64,000 bases of DNA from a bacterium (GTDB lineage: Bacteria > RBG-13-61-14 > DATKZS01), in the NCBI GenBank assembly GCA_963674965.2, contig CAXXFL010000001.1, positions 608,001 to 672,000 on the forward strand, in the 5' to 3' direction. How positions within the stretch are numbered: the stretch's first letter is position 1; each line of letters opens with the position of its first letter. The position numbers were made by a program, and so were the translations under genes. The notes beneath the pieces are model-generated. The model was given only the letters and a program-made list of their open reading frames with translations, had not been told where the DNA came from and ran no database searches. Below are positions 52,811 to 62,813 of the stretch, piece after piece.

Positions 52811-53334
52811 TCGCTCTCTTCGCCGGGCGGCTTGGCCAGGGGTATCCCCAGCAGATCGGCAACTTTTTTTTGGAAGTCGATTATCATCTCGGCCTGTTCG
52901 AGCCGCTTTTGGAGCTTCCCGTTCTCGCGCTCGAGGCGGGCCACTTCATCGGCCAGCGGGTTTTTGGCCTTGGGCTTGCGGCCCCGCTTTACGGGCGAAA
53001 GCGCTTTCAAGGCCCCCTCGTCCCGCTGCTTGCGCCAGGCCGTCAGGTGCGACGAATAAAGGCCCTCCCGGCGCAGCAGGGCGCCGACCTCGCCATGCCC
53101 CGAGCAGGCGTCGGCCTTCCCGAGGATTGCGAGCTTGTAAGCCGCGGTGAAGCGCCGCCGGGCGGGCTTTTCCGGGACCTCCGGCTCGGGAAGAATGATC
53201 GGCGCCCCCACCCGCTCGGGCCGCTTGGCAGGAGTGTCCTCCGGCTCGGCCGTCCCGGTTGGGGAGACTCCGGTCGCCCTACGGGCTCCCTCCGTCTCCC
53301 CAACAATCCCTGCCTTCTTCCTGTCTTCATCCAT
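52807..53334 (-). CDS. IS3-family transposase OrfA (HTH)
   Basis: RRRFTAAYKL.IL, LLRREGLYSSHL..WR, coiled coil; ATGA overlap with orfB. Confidence 0.9.
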   Translation of the reverse strand: MDEDRKKAGIVGETEGARRATGVSPTGTAEPEDTPAKRPERVGAPIILPEPEVPEKPARRRFTAAYKLAILGKADACSGHGEVGALLRREGLYSSHLTAWRKQRDEGALKALSPVKRGRKPKAKNPLADEVARLERENGKLQKRLEQAEMIIDFQKKVADLLGIPLAKPPGEESE

Positions 53335-53410
53335 CTCTCTATACATCCTAATACCTCCCCCGCCCTACAGTAATTTAACATAGGGGAAGTGTCTCATCTA
53401 CGTTGGCACA

Positions 53411-53670
53411 GAGGGAGGAGTCCTGGGAATTCTACTCCATGGATCGAATTGCCAAGACGTATCCTTATAAGTAATTTGAACCTTGAAATGATGGCCATTA
53501 ATCTGGTCATCAACATTACATATCTCCGCATACATTCCTGGGTACATTGACTGCCATTCTCTAGTTGCAAATACTTTATTTAAATGATTAGTTAAAGCTT
53601 TTGCGTAACCAAAGCAACAAAGGTTTGTATTGTTTTCTGGACTTATAAGTTGTATGGAATCAATATAAAC
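53411..53670 (-). pseudogene. 5'-truncated AT-rich ORF fragment with papain/transglutaminase-like Cys-His-Asp spacing, interrupted by the IS3; continues at 51758-51728
   Basis: Manual translation ...NLCCFGYAKALTNHLN...NGHHFKVQI...WQFDPWSRIPRTPP|S(S)AFYEIWKD*. Confidence 0.55.
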
Positions 53671-53710
53671 CGGCCGTCTCCCAATGGCCGTCCGAAACGC
53701 GCAGCGGAGA

Positions 53711-55114
53711 TTACTTTGTTTGCCGGGGGACTCCTTTAATATTTTTTACGTCCTTCCAGGCCTCGGGAAGAGGCGGTGAGTCGGCGGGAGTGAGGTTCGC
53801 TCCGCCGGCGCCGGGCACGAAGATCGGAGAGCCGTGGCCGTTGCGTTCGGCTTCCTCAGCCAGTCTTACTATCTCCTGGTAAGTCTGCTTGCAGTCGTAA
53901 AAACCGTGCCACCAGGCGTAATCGGGCCCCATCATCATGGCGCCCATCCTGGCTCGCCGGCCCTCGTGGTGCCAGTACTCGTAGAACTTCCACTCGATTT
54001 CCTCGTCGAACACGGGCCACTTTGTCAATATTCCCTTTTCGTAAAGGTCGTCCATAATGGCCTTGGCGGGTTTATAATATTCCTCGTTATAGTGCTCGAT
54101 GGCCAGGTCGTAGCGGTCGAGATAGTTCCTGGCCCACCTCGGGGAATGGCACTGGGTGCAGGCCGCGATCATTTTCAGTCTGGCGCCCTGGGCCTCGTGG
54201 TCCTTGTTGAGCACGGAGAGGGGGGCCTGGGACTCCCACTTGAGCCTCTCGCCCACGTCGTGGGTGGTCGAGAGGGGCCCTATCCCCGACATGTGGCAGG
54301 CGGCGCAAGTGGGGGCCGTGAAGTCGGTGGCCGGCTCCCAGGCGTCGGGCGCGGCCTCGAAGTTCCACTCGTCGGCGCCGGCGAGGTATTTTTTCCCGTG
54401 TTTGGACTCGAAGTAAATCTCGTCCTGGGGATGGTCGGGACCGAGATGGCACTGGCCGCAGTTCTCCGGTTTCCTGGCCTCGGCTATATCGAAGCGGTGG
54501 GCCGTGTGACAAATGGCGCAGCTTCCGTTCTTGCCGTCGGGATTGAGTCTTCCGCATCCCACGTTTGGCCAGTTCTCGGGAGTGAGTGTACCCGAGGCAA
54601 GGTCCGAGCCGTGACAGGCCCAGCACCCGACGGCCCGCTCGATCTCGCTGGTCATGCCCCGCAAAAAGGGGTCCTTCAACTCGGCCGTCTGAATCTCGTA
54701 GGTCCGGGCGTGCTTGCTGGACAGGAACTGTTTGGACTCGCGGGGATGGCAACGGCCGCAGTCCCCCGGCGTCACCACCGGAGATATCTTGACGTCCGAG
54801 AGAGACGCCGTGCCCGGGCAGTCCATGGCGTCCTTGTCCGTCTTCTCGGCCCGGTGGCAGTCGACGCAGGTCACGTTCGACCTGGCCATCACGCTCCGCG
54901 ACCAGTCAAGGACCTGGCCGGGCGTATTCCTCGAGTGGCACTCGATGCAGGACTTCTCGAGCTGGGTCAGTCCCCTTTCCACGGCCAGGGTCTTGACCGG
55001 GGCCGCGGGAGCAAGGTCGCGGCCGCCCGGTTCGTCCGTCTGGGCCGAGATATAGTAAGAAGCGCCCATGGCCAGCGCCAGCGCCGCGGCCAGTATAGTC
55101 AAAGCCCTTTTCAT
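53711..55114 (-). CDS. Octaheme cytochrome c, hydroxylamine oxidoreductase (HAO)-like
   Basis: Eight CxxCH (CIECH, CVDCH, CGRCH, CWACH, CAICH, CGQCH, CAACH, CTQCH), GPDHPQ.EIY.ESKHG, GPDYAWWHG; signal peptide. Confidence 0.9.
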   Translation of the reverse strand: MKRALTILAAALALAMGASYYISAQTDEPGGRDLAPAAPVKTLAVERGLTQLEKSCIECHSRNTPGQVLDWSRSVMARSNVTCVDCHRAEKTDKDAMDCPGTASLSDVKISPVVTPGDCGRCHPRESKQFLSSKHARTYEIQTAELKDPFLRGMTSEIERAVGCWACHGSDLASGTLTPENWPNVGCGRLNPDGKNGSCAICHTAHRFDIAEARKPENCGQCHLGPDHPQDEIYFESKHGKKYLAGADEWNFEAAPDAWEPATDFTAPTCAACHMSGIGPLSTTHDVGERLKWESQAPLSVLNKDHEAQGARLKMIAACTQCHSPRWARNYLDRYDLAIEHYNEEYYKPAKAIMDDLYEKGILTKWPVFDEEIEWKFYEYWHHEGRRARMGAMMMGPDYAWWHGFYDCKQTYQEIVRLAEEAERNGHGSPIFVPGAGGANLTPADSPPLPEAWKDVKNIKGVPRQTK

Positions 55115-55695
55115 TTTGCATCCTCCTCGGTTTTGGCCGGCGTTCGCAAGGATATGAACTCCAGGAACCCGCCGTGGAACATTTGCCGATGGCACTCGAG
55201 ACAACCGGGGGCCTCGGCCATCCGCTGGAACTCGCGATGGGCCACTATCATCTTGATGGAGGCCCCTCCCGGCGTTAAGTTGGCGTGGCACCTCAGGCAG
55301 GACTCGTTCTTGACCTTGGACCTGGCCATGGCCTCGAGATGGGCCCAGTCCATTTTCTCCGGGTCCGACTCGCCCAGGAAATGAGCGTATACGTCCTTGG
55401 AACCGTCCCGCGTCTTGACCCAAAGGGTGTTTGCCAGGCCCGGCGGAACGTGGCAATCGGAGCAGTCCGCCCTTACCCCTTTATCGTTGGCGTAATGGGG
55501 GGACTTCATCCAGCCCTGCTCGGCCACTACCTTCATCTCGTGACATGACGAGCAGAACTCGCTGGTACCGGAAAAATGGACCGCCTCGAAGGATACCAGG
55601 ACAAAGGCCAGGCCGGCGAGAAAACCCATTCCCATGAACGCGGCCTGAGTGGTCCATAATTTTTCCAGAAGTGCTTTGGTTATAGCCGCCATCAT
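55111..55695 (-). CDS. NapC/NirT-family membrane-anchored tetraheme cytochrome c
   Basis: TM helix, then FCSSCHEM, CSDCH, CLRCH, CLECH. Confidence 0.92.
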   Translation of the reverse strand: MMAAITKALLEKLWTTQAAFMGMGFLAGLAFVLVSFEAVHFSGTSEFCSSCHEMKVVAEQGWMKSPHYANDKGVRADCSDCHVPPGLANTLWVKTRDGSKDVYAHFLGESDPEKMDWAHLEAMARSKVKNESCLRCHANLTPGGASIKMIVAHREFQRMAEAPGCLECHRQMFHGGFLEFISLRTPAKTEEDAK

Positions 55696-56001
55696 GTTGC
55701 CCTTTTGTATAGCCCGCCAGGAAAAAGATTACAAGGCGTATAGCTCCCGCGCCAGGAAGGCTATCAGGTATCAGCATACCACAATAGGCGCGGACGGCAA
55801 ATAGTAAAGATTTCTGGGCGTATATATAGGGTCCATGGCCCTTTTGCCTGGTTTCTTTACCTGGGCTTCATCAGCGTATTTTTCGACGCGCCCCGAACAA
55901 ACCATTGCCTTCCGGGTTTCCATATTATAGAATCAAGACTTAAAGTACCGAACCGCTTTTTGCGCCCGTATTCCAAAGTTCGCGTCACCGGGGGAATTGC
56001 C

Positions 56002-57576
56002 ATGAGAAAATCTCGCTTTATCTTGCTCTTAGCCCTTTTGTCCTTGGCCATTTGTTTTTCCGGAAAGGCGTCTGGCCCGGGAGGCGAGATAATACCCGAT
56101 GATTATCCGGCCCTTTCCGACGATGAGATGGCCCAGCTTAGATGGATACTCGATATAGCGGACCAGCCTCTCGAGGACTTTTCCAACATGGACGCCCTCG
56201 ACCAGGAGGGAATGACCTCTTACAGGTATTGCCTGGCCTTCATGACCTACTTCATGGCCCTCGAGCAATACCACAAATTGCCGGCCGCGCCCGGAATCAT
56301 CCAGCCGAGGATGGACAGGTTCATCCAGAAGATGATCCAGAAGCCGGTATGGGAATTCTGGGCCGAGACGAGCAAGGGCCTTCCCACGCTCGAGCCGAAA
56401 ATGGACCGGCCCTATCCGGAGGACCGCGACCCGGTGCACAAGCGCAATATCATGTACTCGGGACACGTGGGCCATATGATCGGCCTTTACGAGACCCTCT
56501 ACCGCGACATGAAATGGGAGCAGCCCGGATCGATCACCTTCGAGTGGGACCCGGACGAGCGCTACGTCTACGATTACCACATGCTGAACCGGGTCATGAA
56601 CGACCAGATGCGGCACAACCCGGCCCACTGCGTCGAGTGCGAGCCCAACGCCTGTTTCCCCGAGTGCAACCAGCACCCCATCATGAGCTTCATGCTCTAC
56701 GATTCCTTGCACGGGTCCACCACCTTCGAGGCCGCCGGTTATTTCATGGACTTCTTCCTCGAGAAGGAAATGATCGATCCCCGCTCGCATGAGACGGCCA
56801 TGCTTTACCTCGTCAAGCAGGACTTGACCCTGTCCACTAAAAACCCCCACTATAAAAACGCCCTGGACCTCGTTATCACCCCCGCCGTCTCCCTCGGATT
56901 CGTCGGGCTCGACTCGGCCTCGGCCGACGGCTGGACCGGGACCTTCATGCACGTATGGCAGCCCGAGTACATCGAGCGCCATTACGAGTACCAGAAAAAG
57001 TACAGCCTGAGGGACGTCGAGGCGGACAAGGCCCGGCTGGCCATGACCGTATGGGAGCCCCAGCTCAAGTACGGATTCTTCGCCATGCTGGCGGCCGAGG
57101 TGGGAGACCTCGAGACCCGGGACAAGTTAATCAAGTTCGCCGACGAGAAATACAGGCCCCTCCGCGAAGGACCCTATCTATACTATCCGTTCAACCTCTC
57201 GAGGGGATGCACGGCCCTGACGGGAAAACTCCTCGCCTGCGCCCGGGCCATGGAAAAGGACTCCATGCGCAAGATGCACGTCTCGCCTTTTTCCGACGAG
57301 CACTTCCGGGGCCCGGCCCTCGACGACGTGGACTTTCCCCGGGTGGTCCTGAGAAGGGCCTTGTACGACGCCGAGAAAAAGGCGCTTATCCTGACGGCCG
57401 AGCCCGGGGAGAAATCGATAGGAGAGACCTCATTTGCCGCCGTCCGGCTCGATCCGGCCAAGACCTACCTTCTCAGCGTGGACGGCGCGCCCGACCGAGA
57501 AATTACAGGCGTCGATTCCGCCAATATCACCGTCCCCCTAAGCGGAAGGATAAACGTCATCCTGGCTGAAAAGTGA
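56002..57576 (+). CDS. Linalool dehydratase/isomerase-like secreted protein, paralog 1
   Basis: Signal peptide, RY.LAF..Y, DPV...NIMYSGH, CEPNACFPECNQH. Confidence 0.72.
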   Translation: MRKSRFILLLALLSLAICFSGKASGPGGEIIPDDYPALSDDEMAQLRWILDIADQPLEDFSNMDALDQEGMTSYRYCLAFMTYFMALEQYHKLPAAPGIIQPRMDRFIQKMIQKPVWEFWAETSKGLPTLEPKMDRPYPEDRDPVHKRNIMYSGHVGHMIGLYETLYRDMKWEQPGSITFEWDPDERYVYDYHMLNRVMNDQMRHNPAHCVECEPNACFPECNQHPIMSFMLYDSLHGSTTFEAAGYFMDFFLEKEMIDPRSHETAMLYLVKQDLTLSTKNPHYKNALDLVITPAVSLGFVGLDSASADGWTGTFMHVWQPEYIERHYEYQKKYSLRDVEADKARLAMTVWEPQLKYGFFAMLAAEVGDLETRDKLIKFADEKYRPLREGPYLYYPFNLSRGCTALTGKLLACARAMEKDSMRKMHVSPFSDEHFRGPALDDVDFPRVVLRRALYDAEKKALILTAEPGEKSIGETSFAAVRLDPAKTYLLSVDGAPDREITGVDSANITVPLSGRINVILAEK

Positions 57577-57693
57577 GGCGGGAAATTCTTTATACCATTT
57601 GAAATCGTCTCGTGGTATCATCGCTCGCGTAAGCCGCCGTCTCCGCGAGGGAGGCTGATAATGCCTTGGTTTAGCTTTTAATGGAGGCTTTCG

Positions 57694-59298
57694 ATGAGGA
57701 ACAAGACCCGTTTTATCTTGTCGGTTGTTTTAATAATTCCCATGGCCGCCGCCTTTTTTCTCGGCTCGGGACCGGCCAACTCGGGAGGCCCCGCGTCTCC
57801 CGGCGGCATCGATCTTTCATCTTATCCGGAGATAGGCGACGAGGAGATGGGCCAGCTTCTGTGGGCCTTGAAGATAGCGGACCAGCCCCTGGACGACTTC
57901 TCGAACATGGAGGCCATGAACCAGGAGGGCATGACCGCATATCGCTACTTCATCGCCTTCTCGACCTACTTTCTGGCCACCGAGCAGTATCACAAGCTGC
58001 CGGCCTGCTCCGAGATCATCCAGCCCCGGATTGACGGGTTTATCCAGAAGATGATCCAGAAGCCGGTATGGGAGTTCTGGGCTGAGGTCAGCAAGGGAGT
58101 TCGCAACCTCGAGCCCTATTTAAACAAGCCCTATCCTTCGAATCGGGATCCCGTGATCAAGGAAAACATCATGTACTCGGGACACGTGGGGCATATGATC
58201 GGACTTTACGAGACGCTCTACCGTGACATGAAGTGGGACGAGCCCGGCTCGATCGTTTTCAAATGGGACGAGAACGAAAAGTACGTATACGACAACCATT
58301 CGCTTCAGAAGGTGATGTACGACCAGATGAAGTACAGTAAGGACCACTGCGTTCCCTGCGAGCCCAATGCCTGTTTCCCCGAGTGCAACCAGCACCCGGT
58401 GCTTTCCTTTATCCTTTACGACCACGCCCACGGCGCCAGCCTCTCCGAGGTCAAGGAGGATTTCCTCGACTTTTTCCTGAAGAATAATATGATCGATCCC
58501 CGGAACCACGAGACGGCCGCCCTGTTTCTCGTCAAGCAGGAGATAACCCTGCGCCAGAACGACCCGCGCTTCGGAAACCTTATCGACGTTCTTACCGTCC
58601 CGGCGGTCAAGCTCCGTCTTCTCAGCCTGACCTCGGCCTCGGCCAACGGATGGACCGGCTCCATGATGCACGCCTGGCAGCCCGAATACATCGAGCGCCA
58701 TTACCCCTTCCAAAAGGAGCACCATTACAAGATCATGCAGGACGGGGAGGCCGAACTGAAGCGGGACTTTTTCGAGCCCCGGCTCTATTACGGCTTCTTC
58801 TCCATTTTAGCGAGCGAGGTTGGCGACCTCGAGGTTCGGGACACGCTGATAAAAAAGGCCGACGAAATGTACGGCCCCTCCTGGAACGGCGGCTATTTCT
58901 CCTATCCTTTCGACCGGGACATAAAATGCGTTCCTCTTACGGGGCAGCTGTTGGCCCTGGCGCGGGCCAACCCCAAGTACGGACTGTGGAAGATGCACAA
59001 TGAGCCCTTCTCGGACGAGCACTTCAATAGCCCCAAGGTCACGGGACTTCACTTCCCGGCGGTCCTTTTAAAAAGGGCCATATACGATCCCGAGAAAAAG
59101 GCCCTCATCATTACTGCGACGCCAGGAGAGCAAAAGAGCGGCAAGACCACGTTTTCCATCGATAACCTGAATCCGAAATCGAGCTACGCCCTTTACGTGG
59201 ACGACGGACCGGCCATGGAGTACAGCGGCGATCGAAGCGTAATCGTTACCATAGACATTGGCGAGCGCCGGGACATAGTGCTTATCGAGAAAGGATAA
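57694..59298 (+). CDS. Linalool dehydratase/isomerase-like secreted protein, paralog 2
   Basis: Same motifs; collinear with paralog 1 over its whole length. Confidence 0.72.
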   Translation: MRNKTRFILSVVLIIPMAAAFFLGSGPANSGGPASPGGIDLSSYPEIGDEEMGQLLWALKIADQPLDDFSNMEAMNQEGMTAYRYFIAFSTYFLATEQYHKLPACSEIIQPRIDGFIQKMIQKPVWEFWAEVSKGVRNLEPYLNKPYPSNRDPVIKENIMYSGHVGHMIGLYETLYRDMKWDEPGSIVFKWDENEKYVYDNHSLQKVMYDQMKYSKDHCVPCEPNACFPECNQHPVLSFILYDHAHGASLSEVKEDFLDFFLKNNMIDPRNHETAALFLVKQEITLRQNDPRFGNLIDVLTVPAVKLRLLSLTSASANGWTGSMMHAWQPEYIERHYPFQKEHHYKIMQDGEAELKRDFFEPRLYYGFFSILASEVGDLEVRDTLIKKADEMYGPSWNGGYFSYPFDRDIKCVPLTGQLLALARANPKYGLWKMHNEPFSDEHFNSPKVTGLHFPAVLLKRAIYDPEKKALIITATPGEQKSGKTTFSIDNLNPKSSYALYVDDGPAMEYSGDRSVIVTIDIGERRDIVLIEKG

Positions 59299-59303
59299 AC
59301 GCC

Positions 59304-59765
59304 ATGCCCGTCTATCTTGTCCAGCACGGAAAGGCCCTGGCCAAGGACATCGACCCCGACCAGGGTCTGAGCGAGGAGGGGGCAAGGCAGGTCAAGGCCG
59401 TGGCGGATATAGCTCTTCTCCGCGGACTTGCCGTCGCCAGGATCGAGCACAGCCCCAAGACAAGGGCCAGGTCAACCGCGGAAATACTGGCCTCGGTCCT
59501 GAAACCAAGGGAAGGCGCGCACCAGAGGGAGGGACTGAAACCCATGGACGACGTCGAGGCCCTGGCGAGCGGACTGAATTCCGCCTCGGGCCTCATGTTG
59601 GTCGGCCATCTGCCCTTCCTGGAAAAGCTGGCTTCACTTCTGATTACGGGATCGAGCGACGCCAAGACGATCAAGTTCCAAAACGGTGGCATCGTATGCC
59701 TGGACAAGGAAGTGGGAAAAGATCGCTGGCATATTAAGTGGGCGATTACCCCCGATCTCACCTGA
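59304..59765 (+). CDS. sixA: Phosphohistidine phosphatase SixA
   Basis: YLVQHG.A, HSPK.RA..TA, LVGHLP. Confidence 0.88.
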   Translation: MPVYLVQHGKALAKDIDPDQGLSEEGARQVKAVADIALLRGLAVARIEHSPKTRARSTAEILASVLKPREGAHQREGLKPMDDVEALASGLNSASGLMLVGHLPFLEKLASLLITGSSDAKTIKFQNGGIVCLDKEVGKDRWHIKWAITPDLT

Positions 59766-59848
59766 CGCTTTCGCCGCCCGGCCTGGGCCGCCGCGGCTTC
59801 ATTCCTGACTTTGTTGAAGCAAGCGGCCTTTTTGACTAGCCTATTCGT

Positions 59849-61066
59849 ATGAAACCTTTTCAGCTTCTGGTCAAACCCGCCGCGGGCGACTGCAACCTCG
59901 CCTGCGAATACTGTTTTTACCGGCGGACCATGCCGGAGGTATATCCTGAGGCGAGGCGTCCGCGCATGGACCTGGAGACAATGGAGATAGTGGTAAGGGA
60001 CCTTCTTTCCTACCGCTTTCCGGAGACGGTCTTTTGCTGGCAAGGCGGCGAGCCGACCCTCATGGGCCTGGACTTCTTCGAGAAGGTCGTGAAGACCCAG
60101 ATGGAAAACGGCAAAGGCGGCCAGGTAGTGGGAAACGCCTTCCAGACCAACGGCGTACTTATCGACGGCGACTGGGCGGACTTTCTCGCCAGGTACAGGT
60201 TCGTGGTGGGACTCTCGCTTGACGGCCCTCGCGATGTTCACGACCATTATCGAAAAAACCTCGCCGGGGCCGGCACTTTCGACAAGGTCATGGACGCGGC
60301 CGAGCTTATGCGCTCGCGCGGAGTGGCCTTCAATATCCTTTCCGTGGTAAACCGCGTTAACCAGGACCAGGGACGGAAGGTCTACAGGTTCCTCCGGTCC
60401 CAGGGCTTCGATTTTATCCAGTTCATTCCCTGCCTCGAGACCGACCCGGACACGGGCGAGGTTACCGAGTTTTCGGCCACGCCCGGCGGGCTCGGGCGTT
60501 TCTTCGAGGAGATTTTTGACGAGTATAAAAGGGACGGTTTCCCCCGCGTGTCGGAAAGGAACCTGGACGCCCTTATGAACCTTCACATTTGCGGACGGCC
60601 TCAGATGTGTACTTTCGACCAGCAATGCGGCGGCTACCTGGTCATCGAGCACAACGGCGACGTCTATCCGTGCGATTTTTTCGTCGAGTCGCGCTACCGG
60701 CTGGGAAACGCTCGCAAGCGCAAACTGGCCGAGTTCTTCGATCATCCGGTGATGAAGAAGTTCGCCGCCGGCAAAAAAAAGGTTCCTCCCGATTGCGGCG
60801 CCTGCCCATGGTTTTCCTGGTGCGTGGGCGGTTGCCAGAAAGACCGGCTGCCGGACCGGGCCGAGGGGGTTGGCAGGACGTATTTTTGCGAGTCATATAA
60901 GAGACTTTTCGACTCGACCTATAAAGACATGGAGAAATGGACGGCCCCCCTCAAGGAGGAGGCCGAGCGACAAGCACCGCCCCGAACCTCCGGAAAAATC
61001 GGACGAAACGATCCCTGTCCGTGCGGAAGCGGAAAAAAATACAAGAAATGCTGCGGCGCCGGATGA
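59849..61066 (+). CDS. Anaerobic sulfatase maturase (radical SAM/SPASM) with C-terminal SEC-C motif
   Basis: [27 protein letters not shown], Cxx[23 protein letters not shown]. Confidence 0.9.
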   Translation: MKPFQLLVKPAAGDCNLACEYCFYRRTMPEVYPEARRPRMDLETMEIVVRDLLSYRFPETVFCWQGGEPTLMGLDFFEKVVKTQMENGKGGQVVGNAFQTNGVLIDGDWADFLARYRFVVGLSLDGPRDVHDHYRKNLAGAGTFDKVMDAAELMRSRGVAFNILSVVNRVNQDQGRKVYRFLRSQGFDFIQFIPCLETDPDTGEVTEFSATPGGLGRFFEEIFDEYKRDGFPRVSERNLDALMNLHICGRPQMCTFDQQCGGYLVIEHNGDVYPCDFFVESRYRLGNARKRKLAEFFDHPVMKKFAAGKKKVPPDCGACPWFSWCVGGCQKDRLPDRAEGVGRTYFCESYKRLFDSTYKDMEKWTAPLKEEAERQAPPRTSGKIGRNDPCPCGSGKKYKKCCGAG

Positions 61067-61098
61067 GAGCCTTTCCCGCGCCGCCCAAGGAGTCAATA

Positions 61099-62361
61099 AT
61101 GAAAAGAAACGCCTTAGCCTCACTGGTCCTGGCCTTGGTTATGCTCGCCATAACCTCGGGCGCTTTCGCCGCGCCTCTTCGGGCCGGGGCCGGCAAGGTC
61201 GAGATATCTTTAGGACCCGGCATGGCCCTGGCCGGATACGGCACGCGAATTAACAAGCCCCATCAGGGCGTGCACGACCCCGTGTTCGCCAGGGCCGTCA
61301 TCTTCGAGTCCGGCGGCAAAAGGGCGGCCGTGGTCAGCGCCGATATCCTGCTCGTGACCCGCGAGCTTCATGAGGAGGTCGCCCAGCGGGTGGCCGATCT
61401 CCATCTGGACCTTCTCGCCATCTGCGCCACCCATACCCATTACAGCGTTGGCTCGTACGTGGACAACCGCCTGGCCGAGATCGCCGTCATGGGTAAATAC
61501 GATCCCCAAGCCTTCGAGCTGGTTGCCTCCGCCATAACCCAGGCGCTGGAAGAGGCCGCATCGAGCGAGAGGCCGGCCCGGGCTGGAGGGGCCTGGGCCC
61601 CCGCGCCCGGCGTCGCGTATAACAGAAGACACAAGGGCGGGCCCACCGACCCGAGGGTCAGGGTGCTGGGCGTGTTCGACGAGGAGGGAGAGCTGCTGGC
61701 GCTTTTCGTGAACCACGCCGTCCATCCCACCTCCATGCCCGACCAGACCAGAATGGTGTCGGGAGACATGGTCGGAAGCGCCATGGCCGCCATCGAGGAA
61801 AAATTCCCCGGCGCCGTCGCCCTTTTCCTCAACGCCGGGGAGGGAGACCAGGCCCCCGACTCGAGCTGGCAAAAGGCAAGCTGGGACAACGTTGACAAGC
61901 TGGGACTGGCCATGGCCGAGAGCGCATTTTCAGCCTTCAAAGAAATAAGGCACGAGCAAGATATCGAGATAACCCTTTATAAAAAGGAGTTCGACATGCC
62001 TGAGGTGCAGCCTCGACGTTGGCCGCCATGTTTTCTGGGACTGAACGCCCTCTTCCCCTACCTGGGCAAGGGCATGATCAGGGAAAAGGGAGAGATCATG
62101 GCCATCAAGATCGGCGATACGGCCATGGTGTTCTCGCCAGCCGAGATAAGCTACGAGATTCAGCATGATATCGAAATGATGCTTCCCGACTCGAACGTTC
62201 TGGTCACGGCCCAGGCCAACGACTATTACGGGTACGTGGTCACGCCCAAGGATTACAGGTCCGGCGGCTACGAGACCTGCATGAGCTTTTACGGACCGGA
62301 TTTCGGAGATTACCTGACCGGGCAATACGAGATTATGCTTAAAGATAATCCGGCAAAATAA
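61099..62361 (+). CDS. Neutral/alkaline ceramidase N-terminal-domain protein, secreted
   Basis: LAGY, GVHDP..ARA, ATHTH, HAVHPT, G..GD, PAE, Y..GGYE. Confidence 0.8.
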   Translation: MKRNALASLVLALVMLAITSGAFAAPLRAGAGKVEISLGPGMALAGYGTRINKPHQGVHDPVFARAVIFESGGKRAAVVSADILLVTRELHEEVAQRVADLHLDLLAICATHTHYSVGSYVDNRLAEIAVMGKYDPQAFELVASAITQALEEAASSERPARAGGAWAPAPGVAYNRRHKGGPTDPRVRVLGVFDEEGELLALFVNHAVHPTSMPDQTRMVSGDMVGSAMAAIEEKFPGAVALFLNAGEGDQAPDSSWQKASWDNVDKLGLAMAESAFSAFKEIRHEQDIEITLYKKEFDMPEVQPRRWPPCFLGLNALFPYLGKGMIREKGEIMAIKIGDTAMVFSPAEISYEIQHDIEMMLPDSNVLVTAQANDYYGYVVTPKDYRSGGYETCMSFYGPDFGDYLTGQYEIMLKDNPAK

Positions 62362-62560
62362 TTTTCGCTTGAATAAAAAAGGTGGAAGGGCGTCTAAGGA
62401 CTGGCCAAAAACGCTAAGGCGGGAATTTTCCCTCCCTTTTAAGGAAGATAAAATTTCCGGAAAAAGTCTTTGCGCGGCTCCCACTTATGAGGGAAACCGT
62501 TTGCGGCAAAAGCCGGTATGCCCGGCTTTTACCAGGTTAACGAGAATAACCTGATATCGA

Positions 62561-62767
62561 TCAAGCGGCGGCCTCGCCTTTTAACTGAGCCGGATAATTG
62601 AAGTAAATCGTCCTGCCCTGCCGCTTCAGCGTGTCGCCCAGCATTATCATCACGAGAGCATTCTTGGCCGCGTCAGAAAGTGGAAGCCCCTGAACCTCTC
62701 CGAAAAGAGATTCTATCAGGTCGCCTATTGTTGTCACCGCTTCTCGATTCTGATCGTAGCTTTCCAT
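62561..62767 (-). CDS. Small hypothetical protein (68 aa) under a sigma-54 promoter
   Basis: GGAGGA RBS at 62775-62780; consensus -24/-12 site immediately upstream. Confidence 0.65.
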   Translation of the reverse strand: MESYDQNREAVTTIGDLIESLFGEVQGLPLSDAAKNALVMIMLGDTLKRQGRTIYFNYPAQLKGEAAA

Positions 62768-62798
62768 GACCATGTCCTCCTCTATGACCACATTACAA

Positions 62799-62813
62799 GC
62801 AAGCCGCGTGCCA
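62799..62813 (-). promoter_or_regulatory. Sigma-54 (-24/-12) promoter
   Basis: Minus strand reads TGGCAC-GCGGC-TTGC. Confidence 0.8.

Larger units (their letters stand above)
51759..53410 (-). mobile_element. IS3-family insertion sequence (1652 bp)
   Basis: Imperfect 22-bp IRs TGTGTCAAGCAAAATGAGACAC / TGTGCCAACGTAGATGAGACAC (17/22); orfA plus DDE orfB; no exact target duplication (GAA vs GAG). Confidence 0.92.

Noticed and set aside
59849-61066. Radical SAM RiPP maturase with a peptide substrate
   Set aside because: The motifs fit the anSME family and no precursor ORF is adjacent; the target sulfatase is probably elsewhere.
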